A stretch of 64,000 bases of DNA, from contig OX597842.1 in assembly GCA_951406725.2 (NCBI GenBank), positions 6,448,001-6,512,000 on the forward strand. The letters run 5' to 3'. Positions 1-12,314 of the stretch are shown in pieces. Every line of letters begins with the position of its first letter. Position 1 is the first letter of the stretch. The notes below the pieces were generated by a model that had not been told where the DNA came from, did not search any database, and saw nothing but the letters and a program-made list of their open reading frames with translations. Made by a program: the position numbers and the translations under genes. This DNA comes from Octopus vulgaris. Lineage: Eukaryota.

Positions 1-569
1 GTCCCCATTTTATTACCTTCATTACTATTCCTCTCTCTCCCACTCTCGGAGAGGCACAAGCACCTACACACAAGGCAGTAACTTCCGCCTACCAAATTCA
101 ATCACAAAGCTTCGGTCAGCCCGGGGCTGTAGCAGAAGACACTTGCTCAAAGTGCCATGCGGTGGGACTGAACCCGAAACCATGTAGTTAGGAAGCAAGC
201 TCCCTAACCATAGAGCTATGCCCAATTCTTCTTATTACTATTATTATTATTTTTTAATTAAATTCACTATCATATTATATATTTTTCATGTACATGTACT
301 CGTGTACCTCTGGATATGTATCTGTAATTTGTATGTATGTGCATTTTATGGCAATATGTACATGTATTCACATATATGTGTGTATATGCCCACACATATG
401 TTTAAGTATATGTATGTATGTATGCTTATATATCTGCAATTACTTTCATTCATATATGCATATGTATTATGTGACGATGTATGTATATATTGATGCATAT
501 ATATGTGTGCCAACATGTGTATATGTATATATACATTTGTGATGGTCTGCTTGTGCATGTATGTGTGTA

Positions 570-1033
570 CATCATCATCATCATCGTTTAACGTTCACTT
601 TCCATGATGGGTTGGATGATTTGACTGAGGCTGCACCAGACTCCAATCTGATCTGGCAGATGCCCTTCCTAATGCCAACCACTCCGAGAGTGTAGTGGGT
701 GCTTTTAGGTGTCACTGGCATGAGGGCCAGTTAGGTGGTACTGGCAACAGCCATGCTCAAATGGTGCTTTTTATGTGCCACCTGCACAGGGAGCCAGTCC
801 AGCGGCACTGGCAACGACCTCACTCGACTGTTTTTTTCACGTGCCACCAGCACAAGTGCTAGTAAGGCGACGCAGGTAACGATCATGCACAAATGGTGTT
901 TTTAACGTGCCATCGGCACAAAGGCCAGCTCGATGCTCTGGCAACGATCTTACTCGTACGGTACTCTTAGCGCTACACTAGCAACGGATGCCAGTCACCG
1001 AGTTTGATTTTGATTTCAATTTCACTTGCCTCA
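570..1033 (-). mobile_element. Older family C copy
   Basis: Same tail and diverged tandem units; similar copies at 27535-27783 and 28200-28684. Confidence 0.75.
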
Positions 1034-1153
1034 AAATATATACACACGTTTGTATACACAAAATCACCCTACTTTGTACAAACACATCTATAACTATGTG
1101 ACAAGGCTAATAAGCCAATGTGTGTCTTTAACGTAATTATATATCTTTGTGTA

Positions 1154-1448
1154 AAGGCTCATGACTCAGTGGTTACGGCATTGGACTCATAATCATGAGG
1201 TAGTGAGTTTAATTCCCATATCGAGCTGTGTGTTGTGTTCTTAAGCAAGACACTTTATTTCACATTGCTGCCAAGCTATATTGGCCTTTGCTTATCCCTT
1301 GGATAACATGAGCAGCATGGAGAGGAGAGGCTGGCATGCCTGGATGACTACTGGTCTTCTCTAAACAACCTTGCCCAGACTTTGTGTCTCAGATGGGACT
1401 TTCTAGGTATAATCCCATGGTCATTCATGATTGAAGGGAGTCTTTACT
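1154..1448 (+). mobile_element. SINE family D (tRNA-like head)
   Basis: A/B boxes and CTTGAGCAAGACACTTT motif. Other copies at 39787-40278 (+), 43010-43332 (-), 49035-49369 (-) and 63317-63637 (+). Confidence 0.82.
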
Positions 1449-1469
1449 CTGTTATATACATTTATATAT

Positions 1470-2208
1470 TTCAAAGAAGACTCCGCCGGTTACGACGACG
1501 AGGGTCCCAGCTGATACGATCAACGGAACAGCTTGCTCGTGAAATTAACGTGCAAATGGCTGAGCATTCCACAGACACGTGTACCCTTAACGTAGTTCTC
1601 GGGGATAATCAGTGTGACACAGAGAGTGACAAGGCTGACCCTTTGAAATACAAGTACAACTCATTTTTGCCAGCTGAGTGGACTGGAGCAACGTGAAATA
1701 AAGTGTCTTGCTCAAGGACACAACACGTCGCCGGGAATCGAACTCACAACCTTACGATCATGAGCCGAATGCCCTAACCACTAAGCCACGCGCCCTCACA
1801 CATTTATATATACATGTATATATATTGCACATGTGGTATTCTGTTGGTTATAACGATGAAGATTCCAGTTGATCTGATCAAAAGAACAGCCTGCTCATGA
1901 AATTAACATGCAAGTGGCTGAGCACTCCACAGACACATGTACCCCTTAATGTAGTTCTCAGGGAGATTCAGCGTGATGCAGAGTATGACAAGGCTGGCCT
2001 TTCAAAATACTGGTACAGCAGAAATAGGAAGAAAGTTGTGCTGAAAGAGTACAGCAGGGTTTGCCCCTGCCCCCCCCCCCCTGCCAGAGCCTTGTGGAGC
2101 TTTCAGTGTTTCTGCTTAATAAACACTCACAACACCCAGTCTGGGAATCGAAAACGCGATCCTACGCCCATGACTCTGCTGCCCTAACCACTGGGCCATT
2201 GCGCCTCC
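1470..2208 (-). mobile_element. Two tRNA-derived SINEs with a shared tail but different heads (1470-1799 and 1838-2208)
   Basis: Clear A/B boxes and a common 3' segment of about 170 nt. Confidence 0.82.
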
Positions 2209-2852
2209 TATATATATATATAGAGAGATAGATAGATGTTCTGCCCTTACCTTCGAAACATGCATTGAGTCGAACCAGGGGCAGCTGATGAAGGGGAATA
2301 TTCCTTGTATTGTTTGTCTTGTACTCTGTTTTTTCGTTGTTAAAAAAGTTTGTTTCCTTGTTTATTTTTATGTTTTTGCTTCTCGTTGTGTTCTACGTTT
2401 ATTTGTGGTGTCCTGTACTCACATATATATATATATATACATGTATATATACATATAGATGTAGGTATGTACATATATGTATGTATGTATGCATATGTTT
2501 TATTTGTTAAATTGTTATTATATGATTGAACGCCTCGCGTCACTTTCTTATTTCTTATTAATAATTATGATGCGCACTCTTTAACTCTTTACTTGACCAT
2601 TCCTTCCTACCTGTCTGTCTTCCTCTCTACCTGACTCTCTCCTTCTTATTTTTCACCCTTTCTGGTTTCTTTTCTTCTCTAGGGTATCTACGAGATACCA
2701 CCATGCTGAAAATAGCAGCCATGATCTGACTCTAAAACCACCTTAATTGTCCATATATCAACACGGAGAGTAAACATTTTGAACTGGCCATGATGCATAC
2801 GTGCATATATATGTAGGTATACGTTCGTATATGTAAGTATTCGTATGTTGTG

Positions 2853-2902
<50 letters not shown>

Positions 2903-2932
2903 CGTGTGTATTTATGTTCCTCTTCTGTGTGT

Positions 2933-2991
2933 ATTCTACTGACGAGGCAAAGCATTCCTAAATGCAAAGTCAGAAATCCGGGATCTAGAAT
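2933..2991 (+). ncRNA. Type I hammerhead ribozyme-like motif
   Basis: Stem I attcta/tagaat, core CUGACGA, stem II ggc/gtc plus gcatt/aatgc, one extra A, GAAA, short stem III tc/ga, cleavage triplet AUC. Confidence 0.7.
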
Positions 2992-3277
2992 TATCCAGTA
3001 ATTTTTTACTAGTTTCATCTTGTCTCTTTGTTTTCTCTCCCTGTTGATATATGGACAATTAAGGTGGTCTTAGAGTCAGATCATGGCTGCTATTTTCAAC
3101 ATGGTGGTGTCTCGTAGATACCTTAATTTATAATTTTATTAACTATTACTTTTGAAGATTATTTTTTCCATGCTGACCACTTGATAAAATCGTTATTTTA
3201 TTTTTAAATTAATGATCTTATCCTTATTTATATATACATACATACATACATGCATACATATATATATATATATATAT

Positions 3278-3740
3278 CATCATCATCATCATCGTTTAAC
3301 GTCCGCTTTCCATGCTAGCATGGGTTGGACGGTTCAACTGGGGTCTGGGGAGCCCGAAGGCTGCACCAGGCCAGTCAGATCTGGCAGTGTTTCTACAGCT
3401 GGATGCCCTTCCTAACGCCAACCACTCCGAGAGTGTAGTGGGTGATTTTATGTGCCACCGACACAGGTGCCAGACGAGGCTGGCGAACGGCCACGCTCGA
3501 ATGGTGTTTTTTTATGTGCCACCGACACAGGTGCCAGACGAGGCTGGCAGACAGCCACGCTCGGATGGTGTTTTTTATGTGCCACCGACACAGGTGCCAG
3601 ACGAGGCTGGTGAACGGCCACGATCGGATGGTGTTTGTTACGTGCCCACAGCACGGAGGCCAGTCGATGCGGTACTGGCTACGGCCACGTTCGGATGGTT
3701 TTCTTATGTGCCACCGGCACTGGTACCACAAAGTTACAAA
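3278..3740 (-). mobile_element. Family C retroposon: (GAT)n tail and internal tandem units of about 62 bp
   Basis: Near-identical to 30157-30660 and 62235-62740. Strand is assigned so that (GAT)n is the 3' tail. Confidence 0.85.
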
Positions 3741-3847
3741 TATATATATATATATGTATATATATATGTACATATATATATATATATATATATGTGTATA
3801 TATATGTATATATATATGTATAATATATATGTATATATACGTATGTT

Positions 3848-3892
<45 letters not shown>

Positions 3893-3956
3893 GTATGTAT
3901 ATATATATGTATATATATGTATGTATGTATGTATAATATATATATATATATGTATA

Positions 3957-3999
<43 letters not shown>

Positions 4000-4198
4000 G
4001 TATATATATGTATGTATATATATGTATATATATGTATGTATGTATATATATATATGTATATATATGTATGTATGTATGTATATATATATATGTATATATA
4101 TGTATGTATGTATGTATATATATATATATGTGTGTGTGTGTGTATGTATATATATATATATGTGTGTGTGTGTATACATATATATATATTATTATTAG

Positions 4199-4242
<44 letters not shown>

Positions 4243-4245
4243 ATG
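3740..4245. repeat. Compound (TA)n/(TATG)n/(TG)n microsatellite
   Basis: Directly visible. Confidence 0.97.
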
Positions 4246-4438
4246 TACGTACGTATAACAATTGCAACATGTACGGTGTTTACAAGTCATTTAAAAACAC
4301 ACAAAAACCATTAGATTCACTTCAACATTTAAATTTAATTTGCCAAAATATTTTCGTTGCTTTGAGACCACAACCAGTTCGCTGACAAAATTCTGTGCTG
4401 GGCACAGGATGTCACCAACAGTAATATACATACATAAA

Positions 4439-4486
<48 letters not shown>

Positions 4487-5034
4487 CAAAAATGAATACT
4501 GTCATGAATTGACCAGGTTCTCTCAGTTACTGAAATGTCATTCACATTTGACACAGGTCAAATATGTCATATAGGTCACACAGAAGCCATAGAGCACTTG
4601 ACTTTGACTGGAACAATTTTTATAAGGATTTCTCCTCACCCTTCCCTCTCTCACTCACTCTCTCCCCTTCTCTCCCCTTTCACTCAATCATTTAAGGTCA
4701 ACTAGGTGAAGCTCTAACTGGATACTTCATACTCAACTTAATAATGATGAAGAAGAAAGGTTCATTTGTTCCTTATCGCTGTTTGGTGCTGCTGTTTCTC
4801 TGTTTATTCTCTATTTTGACTAAGCAGTCCAAGAGCACCACTAGGTCACTGATATTGACTGATCTAAGATAAAGCTATGCTTTAGAATCTGCAGGGGTTA
4901 TCTCTCCTTGGAAGCTCCTACTAAGGAAGGCTAAGAAGCTAGAAACACATCTAGGAGTCTGCTAGTGGAGAAACACCGAGCAGAGAAGGGGTTTTGACAT
5001 ATCTTACCATACATGTTTTGACACCTTTTTTCTA

Positions 5035-5240
5035 TACTCTTTTACTCATTTACCTGTTTCAGTTATTTGACTGTGGCCATGGTGGAGCACCGCCTTTAGT
5101 CGAGCAAATCGACCCTAAGACTTATTCTTTGTAAGCCTAGTACTTCAGCCTCTTTTGCTGAACTGCTAAGTTACAGAGACGTAGACACACCAGCATCGGT
5201 TTACAAGCGATGTTGTGGGGACAAACACAGACACAAATGT

Positions 5241-5271
<31 letters not shown>

Positions 5272-5452
5272 TATATATATACATATATACGACGGGCTTC
5301 TTTCAGTTTCCGTCTACCAAATCCACTCACAAGGCTTTGGTTGGCCCAAGGCTATAGTAGAAGACACTTGCCCAAGGTGCCATGCAGTGGGACTGAACCC
5401 AGAACCATGTGGCTGGTAAACAAGCTACCTACCACCCAGCCACTCCTGTGCC
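5035..5452 (-). mobile_element. SINE family A (tRNA-like head, internal (TA)/(TG)n, GTAAAAGA tail)
   Basis: A-box-like TGGCTGTGTGG, B-box GGTTCAGTCCC and CCTTGGGCAAG motif; about 20 copies in this window. Confidence 0.9.
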
Positions 5453-5695
5453 TATAATAATAAATGTGAAATTCTGTCTGTCCTTACATCTGGGACCTCT
5501 GTATCTCAATCTATGTTTGCTCTACACTGACATATTTTACCATTTTGGAATCAGGATGATCTCAGGATTGAAAATCTGGCCTTCATTTGGTTCTTGAACA
5601 TCCAGCATTAGGATCAGGGCTGGATGAGGATTTGTTATATGCTAACAGTTGAAAATTCTAATTTTAAAAGAACTCAAAAATTTGTGAATTTACCA

Positions 5696-5866
5696 GGCAT
5701 AGGAATGGCTGAGTGGTAACTAGCTAGCTTACCAACCACATGGTTCTGGGTTCAGTCCCACTGCATGGCACCTTCGGCAAGTGGCTTCTACTATAGCCTC
5801 GGGCCAACCAAAGCCTTGTGAATGGATTTGGTAGACGGAAACTGAAAGAAGCCCACCGTATATATG

Positions 5867-5906
<40 letters not shown>

Positions 5907-6100
5907 TGTGTTTGTCCCCTCAACATCACTTGACAGCTGATGGTGGTGTGTTTACGTCCCCATAACTTAGCGGTTCGGCAAAAGAGGCTGAAGTTCTAGG
6001 CTTACAAAGAATAAGTCCTGGGGTTGATTTGCTCGACTAAAGGCGGTGCTCCAGCATGGCCGCAGTCAAATGACTGAAACAAGTAAAAGAGAAAAGAGAC
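5696..6100 (+). mobile_element. SINE family A
   Basis: Full-length match to the other copies. Confidence 0.9.
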
Positions 6101-6604
6101 AGTTACCAACTGAATTCAAAGTAATACCATATTGGTGGGGTACCAATAAATATTTTATTATTGCTTTCTTTAGTTTTGGAGGCCCAGTTAACCTTCTGCA
6201 GAAGCTAGCATAAAAGTCTGCACCATAAATGAGAATGTATTTTTAGAAGTTAAAATATGTCATGAACATATTTTAGCTAACCTAAAGTTTATACTCAATT
6301 ATTTTGAAAAATTAGGGTTAGGGTTAGAATGAACCTATAGAGTAAATCTTTTTCTCCCTTCGATTTTTTTTTATAGGGTGGTGTAAGAGTATTTGAGGTT
6401 ATGATAACAAAAACATGTTGTGTGCTAGTGGTGATCTTTCAATTAACATTTGTTTTCTTTTCAGTAGTATATTATATTAGCAATACCAGTGGAAATTCCA
6501 CAATTATTTTGAAAATTGCTTAAGGAAATTGAATATTTTTCAGAAACATTTGATTCTTGACATGTAAAAATCTACACAGCTAGTATTGAAGGAGCAATGA
6601 ATTA

Positions 6605-6661
<57 letters not shown>

Positions 6662-6662
<1 letters not shown>

Positions 6663-7040
6663 ACCGTGGTCTTTTTCGTAGGCTTTTCTTCCCACGGATA
6701 AACCTTACTTGCTTTCCCCTTTACACCATATATCATAACACTGTGATACACGATCCCTATTGATCGTTTTTTTTTTCCTCTTCCCCCTTTTTTCTTCTTT
6801 TTTCATTTCTCTTTCCTTTTGTTCCTTTTCCTTTTCTTTTTTTTCTTTTTATTCCTTTTATTTTATTCAAAAAATTTTTTTTTGTTCTTTTCTTCCCTTT
6901 TACGATCCCTCTTGATCGAAAACCTACGCCACCCCTCTTTTTTTTCTTTTGTTTTTTGTTCTCTTCATCCCCCAAAAGAAAAGCTCTACCTTGTAACTTG
7001 TCCCATCTGTGTGCAGCCCTGTGTGGCCAATAAAGAAACT
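6662..7040 (+). mobile_element. Second, shorter copy of the same LINE 3' UTR
   Basis: Homologous to 8100-8380 and flanked on both sides by (TATC)n. Confidence 0.65.
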
Positions 7041-7141
7041 TATCTATCTATCTATCCATCTCTCTGTCGGTCTGTCTCTCTATTTATTTATCTATCTATC
7101 TATCTATCTATCCATATATCTATCCATCTATCTATCTATCC

Positions 7142-7222
<81 letters not shown>

Positions 7223-7261
7223 CCTGTCTATCAATCTACCTATCTATCTATCCATCTATCC

Positions 7262-7799
7262 ATCTGGTTTATCAGCCGAGTATATCGTTAATATCGTCAC
7301 GCCTCCTTCCTTCAAACTGGAAGGAAGAGCTATTTTTATCATACTTGTGTCTATGGCGAAAGAATGTATCTGGTGGACGCACCTGAAAGGATTAGAGACA
7401 AACACTTTCCTCTCTGGTCAATCTCTCATCAACTTCTTCAAGTATCACTTGAAGAGGAAAGTGAGAGTAGAGAGGCAAGTTTTGTCTAGTGAATGTTTTA
7501 AAAAAAGATGGGTGAATGTAGCAAGGAAGGCATGAATGAATGACGAAGCCTCCTTGACTATGATCCTATGAACCATAAAAATTGATACAGAGAGTTGCTT
7601 ATTTGTAAAAAAATATAACATGCACAGGAGTGGCTGTGTAGTAAGTAGCTTGTTTACCAACCACATGGTTCTGGGTTCAGTCCCACTGTGCGGCACCTTG
7701 GGCAAGTGTCTTCTACTATAGCCTCGGGCCGACCAAAGCCTTGTGAGTGGATTTGGTAGATGGAAACTGAAAGAAGCCCATCGTATATATGTATATATA

Positions 7800-7851
<52 letters not shown>

Positions 7852-8380
7852 TGTGTGTGTTTGTGTGTCTGTGTTTGTACCCCTAGCATTGCTTGACAAC
7901 CGATGCTAGTGTGTTTATGTCCCCGTTACTTGGTGGTTCGGCAAAAGAGACCGATAGAATAAGTACTGGGCTTACAAAAGAATAAGTCCCAGGGTCGAGT
8001 TGCTCGATTAAAGGCGGTGCTCCAGCATGGCCGCAGTCAAATGACTGAAACATGTAAAAGAGTAAAAGAGTAAGAGTATGTGACATCATTGACTGAGGTT
8101 ACCGTGGTCTTTACCGTAGGCTTTTCTTTCCACGGGTAAACCTCACCTGTCCTTCCCCTTTACACTTTATATTGACATTTCTGTGATAACGATCCCTATT
8201 AATCGATTTTTTCTTTTTCCTTTTATTCTCCCCCACTTTTCTTTTTTGCTTTCCTCTTTCTTTCCTTTTACGATCCCTTTTGATCGAAAACCAAACCTCC
8301 TTTTTTTTATCCCCAAAAAGAAAAGCTCTACCTTGTAATTTGTCCCATCTGTGTGCAGCCCTGTGTGGCTAATAAAGAAA
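7262..8380 (+). mobile_element. Tx1/L1-like LINE 3' end (ORF2 C-terminus plus 3' UTR) in a (TATC)n tract, interrupted by a SINE
   Basis: AKECIWW...FKKRW C-terminal pattern; 3' UTR ends aataaagaaa; (TATC)n on both sides. Confidence 0.6.
7621..8075 (+). mobile_element. SINE family A
   Basis: Full-length copy nested in a Tx1-like LINE. Confidence 0.9.
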
Positions 8381-8423
8381 CATATCTATCTATCCATCTA
8401 TCTATCTATCCATATATCTATCA

Positions 8424-8462
<39 letters not shown>

Positions 8463-8565
8463 AATCAATTTATCAATTGATCAATCATATTCTACTAACA
8501 TTTCTGATGTATGGATAAACATTTAGATCAAATAACTCAAAAAAAAAAAAAGAAAAAATACCTAA

Positions 8566-9120
8566 GGCACAGGAGTGGCTATGTGGTAAGAAGTTTGCTT
8601 ACCAACCATATGGTTCCAGGTTCAGTCCTACTGCGTGGCACCTTGGGCAAATGTCTTCTACTATAGCCTTGGGCCGATCAAAGCCTTGTGAGTGGATTTA
8701 GTAGATGGAAACCGAAAGAAGCCTGTCGTATATATATCTGTATGTATGTGTTTGTTGTTTGTGTCTGTGTTTGTCTACCCCACCATCGCTTGACAACCGA
8801 TTCTTTGTAAACCTAGTACTTATTCTATCGATCTCTTTTTCCCGAACCGCTAAGTGAATCTGCAGGGGTTATCTCTTCTTGGAAGCTCCTACTAAGGAAG
8901 GCTAAGAAGCTAGAAACACATCTAGGAGTCTGCTAGTGGGGAAACACTGAGCAGAGATAACCCCTGCAGATTCACTTAGCAGTTTGGAAAAGAGAGATTG
9001 ATAGAATAAGTACTAGGCTTACAAAGAATAAGACCTAGGGTCGATTTTATTCAACTAAAGGTAGTGCTCCAGCATGACCGCAGTCAAATGACATAAAAGA
9101 GTAAAAGAGAGTAAAGAGTA
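8566..9120 (+). mobile_element. SINE family A with internal fold-back insertion
   Basis: Head and tail are intact; 8800-9029 is rearranged. Confidence 0.85.
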
Positions 9121-9383
9121 AATAATTGCAGTGCCCCAGCATGGGCTGCTACACATTAAAATGTAGAAGTAACATCCAAAACTATTTGCTTAGGTTATTT
9201 CACTTTGATTTAACGATATCTAAGTCATCTATTTTTCTATCTTCTATCTGTTAATGATTCTATTTATCTGCAAAGATTCATTGATGGATTGAAAATACAG
9301 AAACTGTTGAACATTAAAATCTGTCACAACAATAACATTTTAATTTTTATTGTTTCTCACACTATTCTATTATCTCTCTCTCT

Positions 9384-9915
9384 ATCCGCTCAGTCGAAGT
9401 CGACTCTCGGTTACTCGTTGGATCAGTGTCCTCCAGTCAGTTCTATCCTGGGCCGCTTCCTTCAGACTGGCCATGTCCATTCCGGTATCACTCCTGATGG
9501 TGTCGAGCCAGCAGGTTCTTGATCGGCCTCTTCCTCTCTTGCCACTGACCATTCCGAGCATGATGTCCTTCTCCAGGGATTCTCTCCGCAAAATATGACC
9601 AAAATATGTGTGTGTATATATATATATATATATACATCCGCTCAGTCGAAGCCGACTCTCGGTCACTCGTTGGATCAGTGTCCTCCAGTCAGCTCTATCC
9701 TGGGCCGCTTCCTTCAGACTGGCCATGTCCATTCTGGTATCACTCTTGCTGGTGTCAAGCCAGTGGGTTCTTGGTCGGCCTCTTCCTTTCTTGCCACTGA
9801 CCATTCCGAGCATGATGTCCTTCTCCAGGGATTCACTCCGCTTAATATGACCGAAATATGCCAATCTATGCTTGGTGATCCCAGCTTCTAGTGACATTTT
9901 CGGCCTTATCTGCTT
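9384..9915 (-). mobile_element. Two tandem RTE/BovB-like LINE 3' ends
   Basis: YFGHI.R.ESLEKDIMLG.V.GK.GRGR.R..WLD appears twice (9384-9603 and 9636-9915), separated by (TA)n. Confidence 0.88.
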
Positions 9916-10929
9916 AAGAACTATTATTATTCCGTTATTCTATGTTCAAAATCATGTAACTGCTTTCCATTCCCATATCCCTTTTGCTCAACACCCACTC
10001 TCTCACCCTCCCATGGCCTCTCATTTCAACTATACCACATGTTCCTGTACTTAACATGTTTATATCTCTCGCCTTTTACTTTCTGCCTCTTTCTTCAACA
10101 AACTAGCCACAAACATAATAGTAACATCTTTCTCTTGCCTCTCATTGCTAACATTCTTCTTTCTCTCCACCTCTTCCTTGAACTAACCAAGTGAAAGTGT
10201 CACACATTCAACCTTATAGTAATAACTATTACTTTCTCCCTACCACATATTGTCAACATTTCTCTCTCCCTCTTTTTCTCTTGCTCTTTGCCTTTCCCTC
10301 CAACTAACCAATTGACAATGCAATGCATTCGGCCTCAGCATATTAATATATAGATTTTGACTTGTAATTACACACATAACTAAACATACGTATTATCTGC
10401 TTCAAAATTCACTGTTCCAAAAAAGAATTATTTCATGTTCTTTCAAAGCTGTTAAATCCTTATGATATTAGTATCGTGTTAAGTGGGATATTCAACCACT
10501 TACCTGCAAATTCAATGAGCAGGTAATCCAGTTGTTTGAACAATTGAATTCCCATTGTGGAAACTGAGCATTTCACAGGCATGAGAACCCTTGGGCACAA
10601 TCAGCACCACACAGTATAAGAATTACAAATACAATACATCTGTCAGGTTCCTATAAAGTTTTTGTTTACTCAGGTATGAGTCGACCCAAGGTTACATAAA
10701 ATGATACTTGGCCTAGATGTCATGCAATGAGATTGAACTTGAAACATCATATCTGCAAACTGAACCTCTTAATCATTCAACCATACTCTATCATGGGGCC
10801 TTGAAACTGTAGCAACATTCAGTAAGGTCCGAAAGGTCTTGTCACCCATTTCATATACTTTATAGTTTTCAAGTTGTGGAATGAGTGTAAAGTAAGGGTT
10901 ATTTATATACATGCTTAACCCTTTCATTA

Positions 10930-12305
10930 CCAACCCAGCTTAAACCATATAAATTATTGAACAGTCATAGAGTTGATTTAGAACTTATATTCTAAATTTC
11001 TCAGTTCCTCTCAAAGAAGCACTATAACTTGTTCCATCCAAAAATTTCTTTGTAAAAATGCATCTGGAAGCTCTTTGTCTAACTTGAGGTGATATCTTCA
11101 CACAAACCATTTGCTTTCTGGTACACAGTGTGGTATCCTTTCATCTGAATTTCCTCATAGTTCTTTATCATATGAAAGAAAAGTAAAAGAATAGCTAAAG
11201 ATAATCTTCAAACACATCAAATCTCGAGATTTTCTCTTGAGAAAAACGTTAATCTGTTCTTTATTGTTATAAAGGAGAATTGAGAGATTTTTTAAAGAGC
11301 TTTACTTATAGAAAACGACTCATCCAAGACCTTGTTCAACAAGCAACAACAGGTTTTAAATGAATATAATCATCCACTTGTAAACATCTGTGGTCAGTCT
11401 TATCAAACCACATTTATGAATTGGTCAATATTTAACACATCAGGCACAGAGTCAACAATAAAACAACAGTTTTTGGTGCTTCCCTTGTTAATCTGACCCA
11501 GTTTCATCTTGCTCTAGTTTCCTCTGATTAAAAACACAGTTTTAGATAGATAAGTAGTATATACTTATTCTTTCTTAAATTTCTTGAGACGTTCATGTAA
11601 AAATGGGTCAAACTCTGCCATGAATTCTCAGGTCCCATAAAGTTCCATTAATTTAGTGAGTCCCACATTTCTCCAACCAAAATGCAAATATATGGGAAAC
11701 TACCACCTGTGTCATCTCTTGTGAAAGGTAGGAGAGTCCTTTTGCTGGACATTGTTGTAGAGCTGAACGAGGCAATTTCTACTCTTCTCCTCTGGAAGCC
11801 ATCTACTCGCAATACCAGAGGGCACACACTCTCCTACCCTGATGTAATCTCCAGGGATACAGGCATCCAGCAACAGGACCTCCTTAATGCTATGATGGAC
11901 CGTGAAGTCTAGCATTGCATGGTAAATTCCATTGTCTCAACCACGGTCGAACAATGATGATGAATGATTACTCTAAATGCCAAGCTTCTTTCACTTAAAA
12001 TCTTTATAACAGCTACAGTACTGTATGTTTATTTCTGATCTGTTTTTCCAAATTTCTGATCCCCAATGTTTTTCTTCATCTTTCTTGTTAGCCAAAACAT
12101 CATCTTCGTATGTTCCATTCTACTTTCATGATTCTCCACAGTTCTGACTACATTCAGCCAATCAGAAAACCCATCAGTTTTAAACGATGTTTTGGCATTT
12201 ATAGAAGTGTTTGCAACCAAAACAATATACACAGCCTCTGCTCTTTAAGTAAACTAACCAGCATCTCATCACTTGTTTTGCTCCTTGTAAACTCTACTGG
12301 ATTTG
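10930..12305 (-). mobile_element. hAT (ZMYM1/TTF-zinc-finger type) transposase remnant, split by an RTE piece
   Basis: Minus-strand fragments GFSDWLNVVRTVENHESRMEH, AEFDPFLHERL, YLSKTV and VDSVPDVLNIDQF occur in the expected order. Confidence 0.7.
11650..11965 (+). mobile_element. RTE-type LINE 3' remnant
   Basis: LLLWKPS..RG...Y.D.I..DTG......AMMDREV C-terminal pattern with a (TGA)n tail. Confidence 0.7.
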
Positions 12306-12314
12306 GTGTGTGTG

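Noticed and set aside
1725-1799. tRNA-like sequences with A/B boxes (many in the window)
   Set aside because: They continue into SINE bodies and lack a proper acceptor stem and terminator, so they are SINE heads rather than tRNA genes.
2240-2310. GAAAC followed by CTGATGA, a possible permuted hammerhead
   Set aside because: I could not form convincing stems I and III; probably two half-motifs of a Penelope-like fragment.
3445-3640. Direct repeats of about 62 bp that look CRISPR-like
   Set aside because: Units are contiguous with no unique spacers, there are no cas genes, and the array is part of a dispersed eukaryotic repeat.
3312-4385. 357-aa ORF and overlapping Y/I/M/C-rich ORFs
   Set aside because: Products of a tandem-repeat retroposon running into (TA)n/(TATG)n, which lacks stops in several frames.
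6312-6327. TTAGGG telomere-like repeats
   Set aside because: Under three units; too short to call an interstitial telomere.
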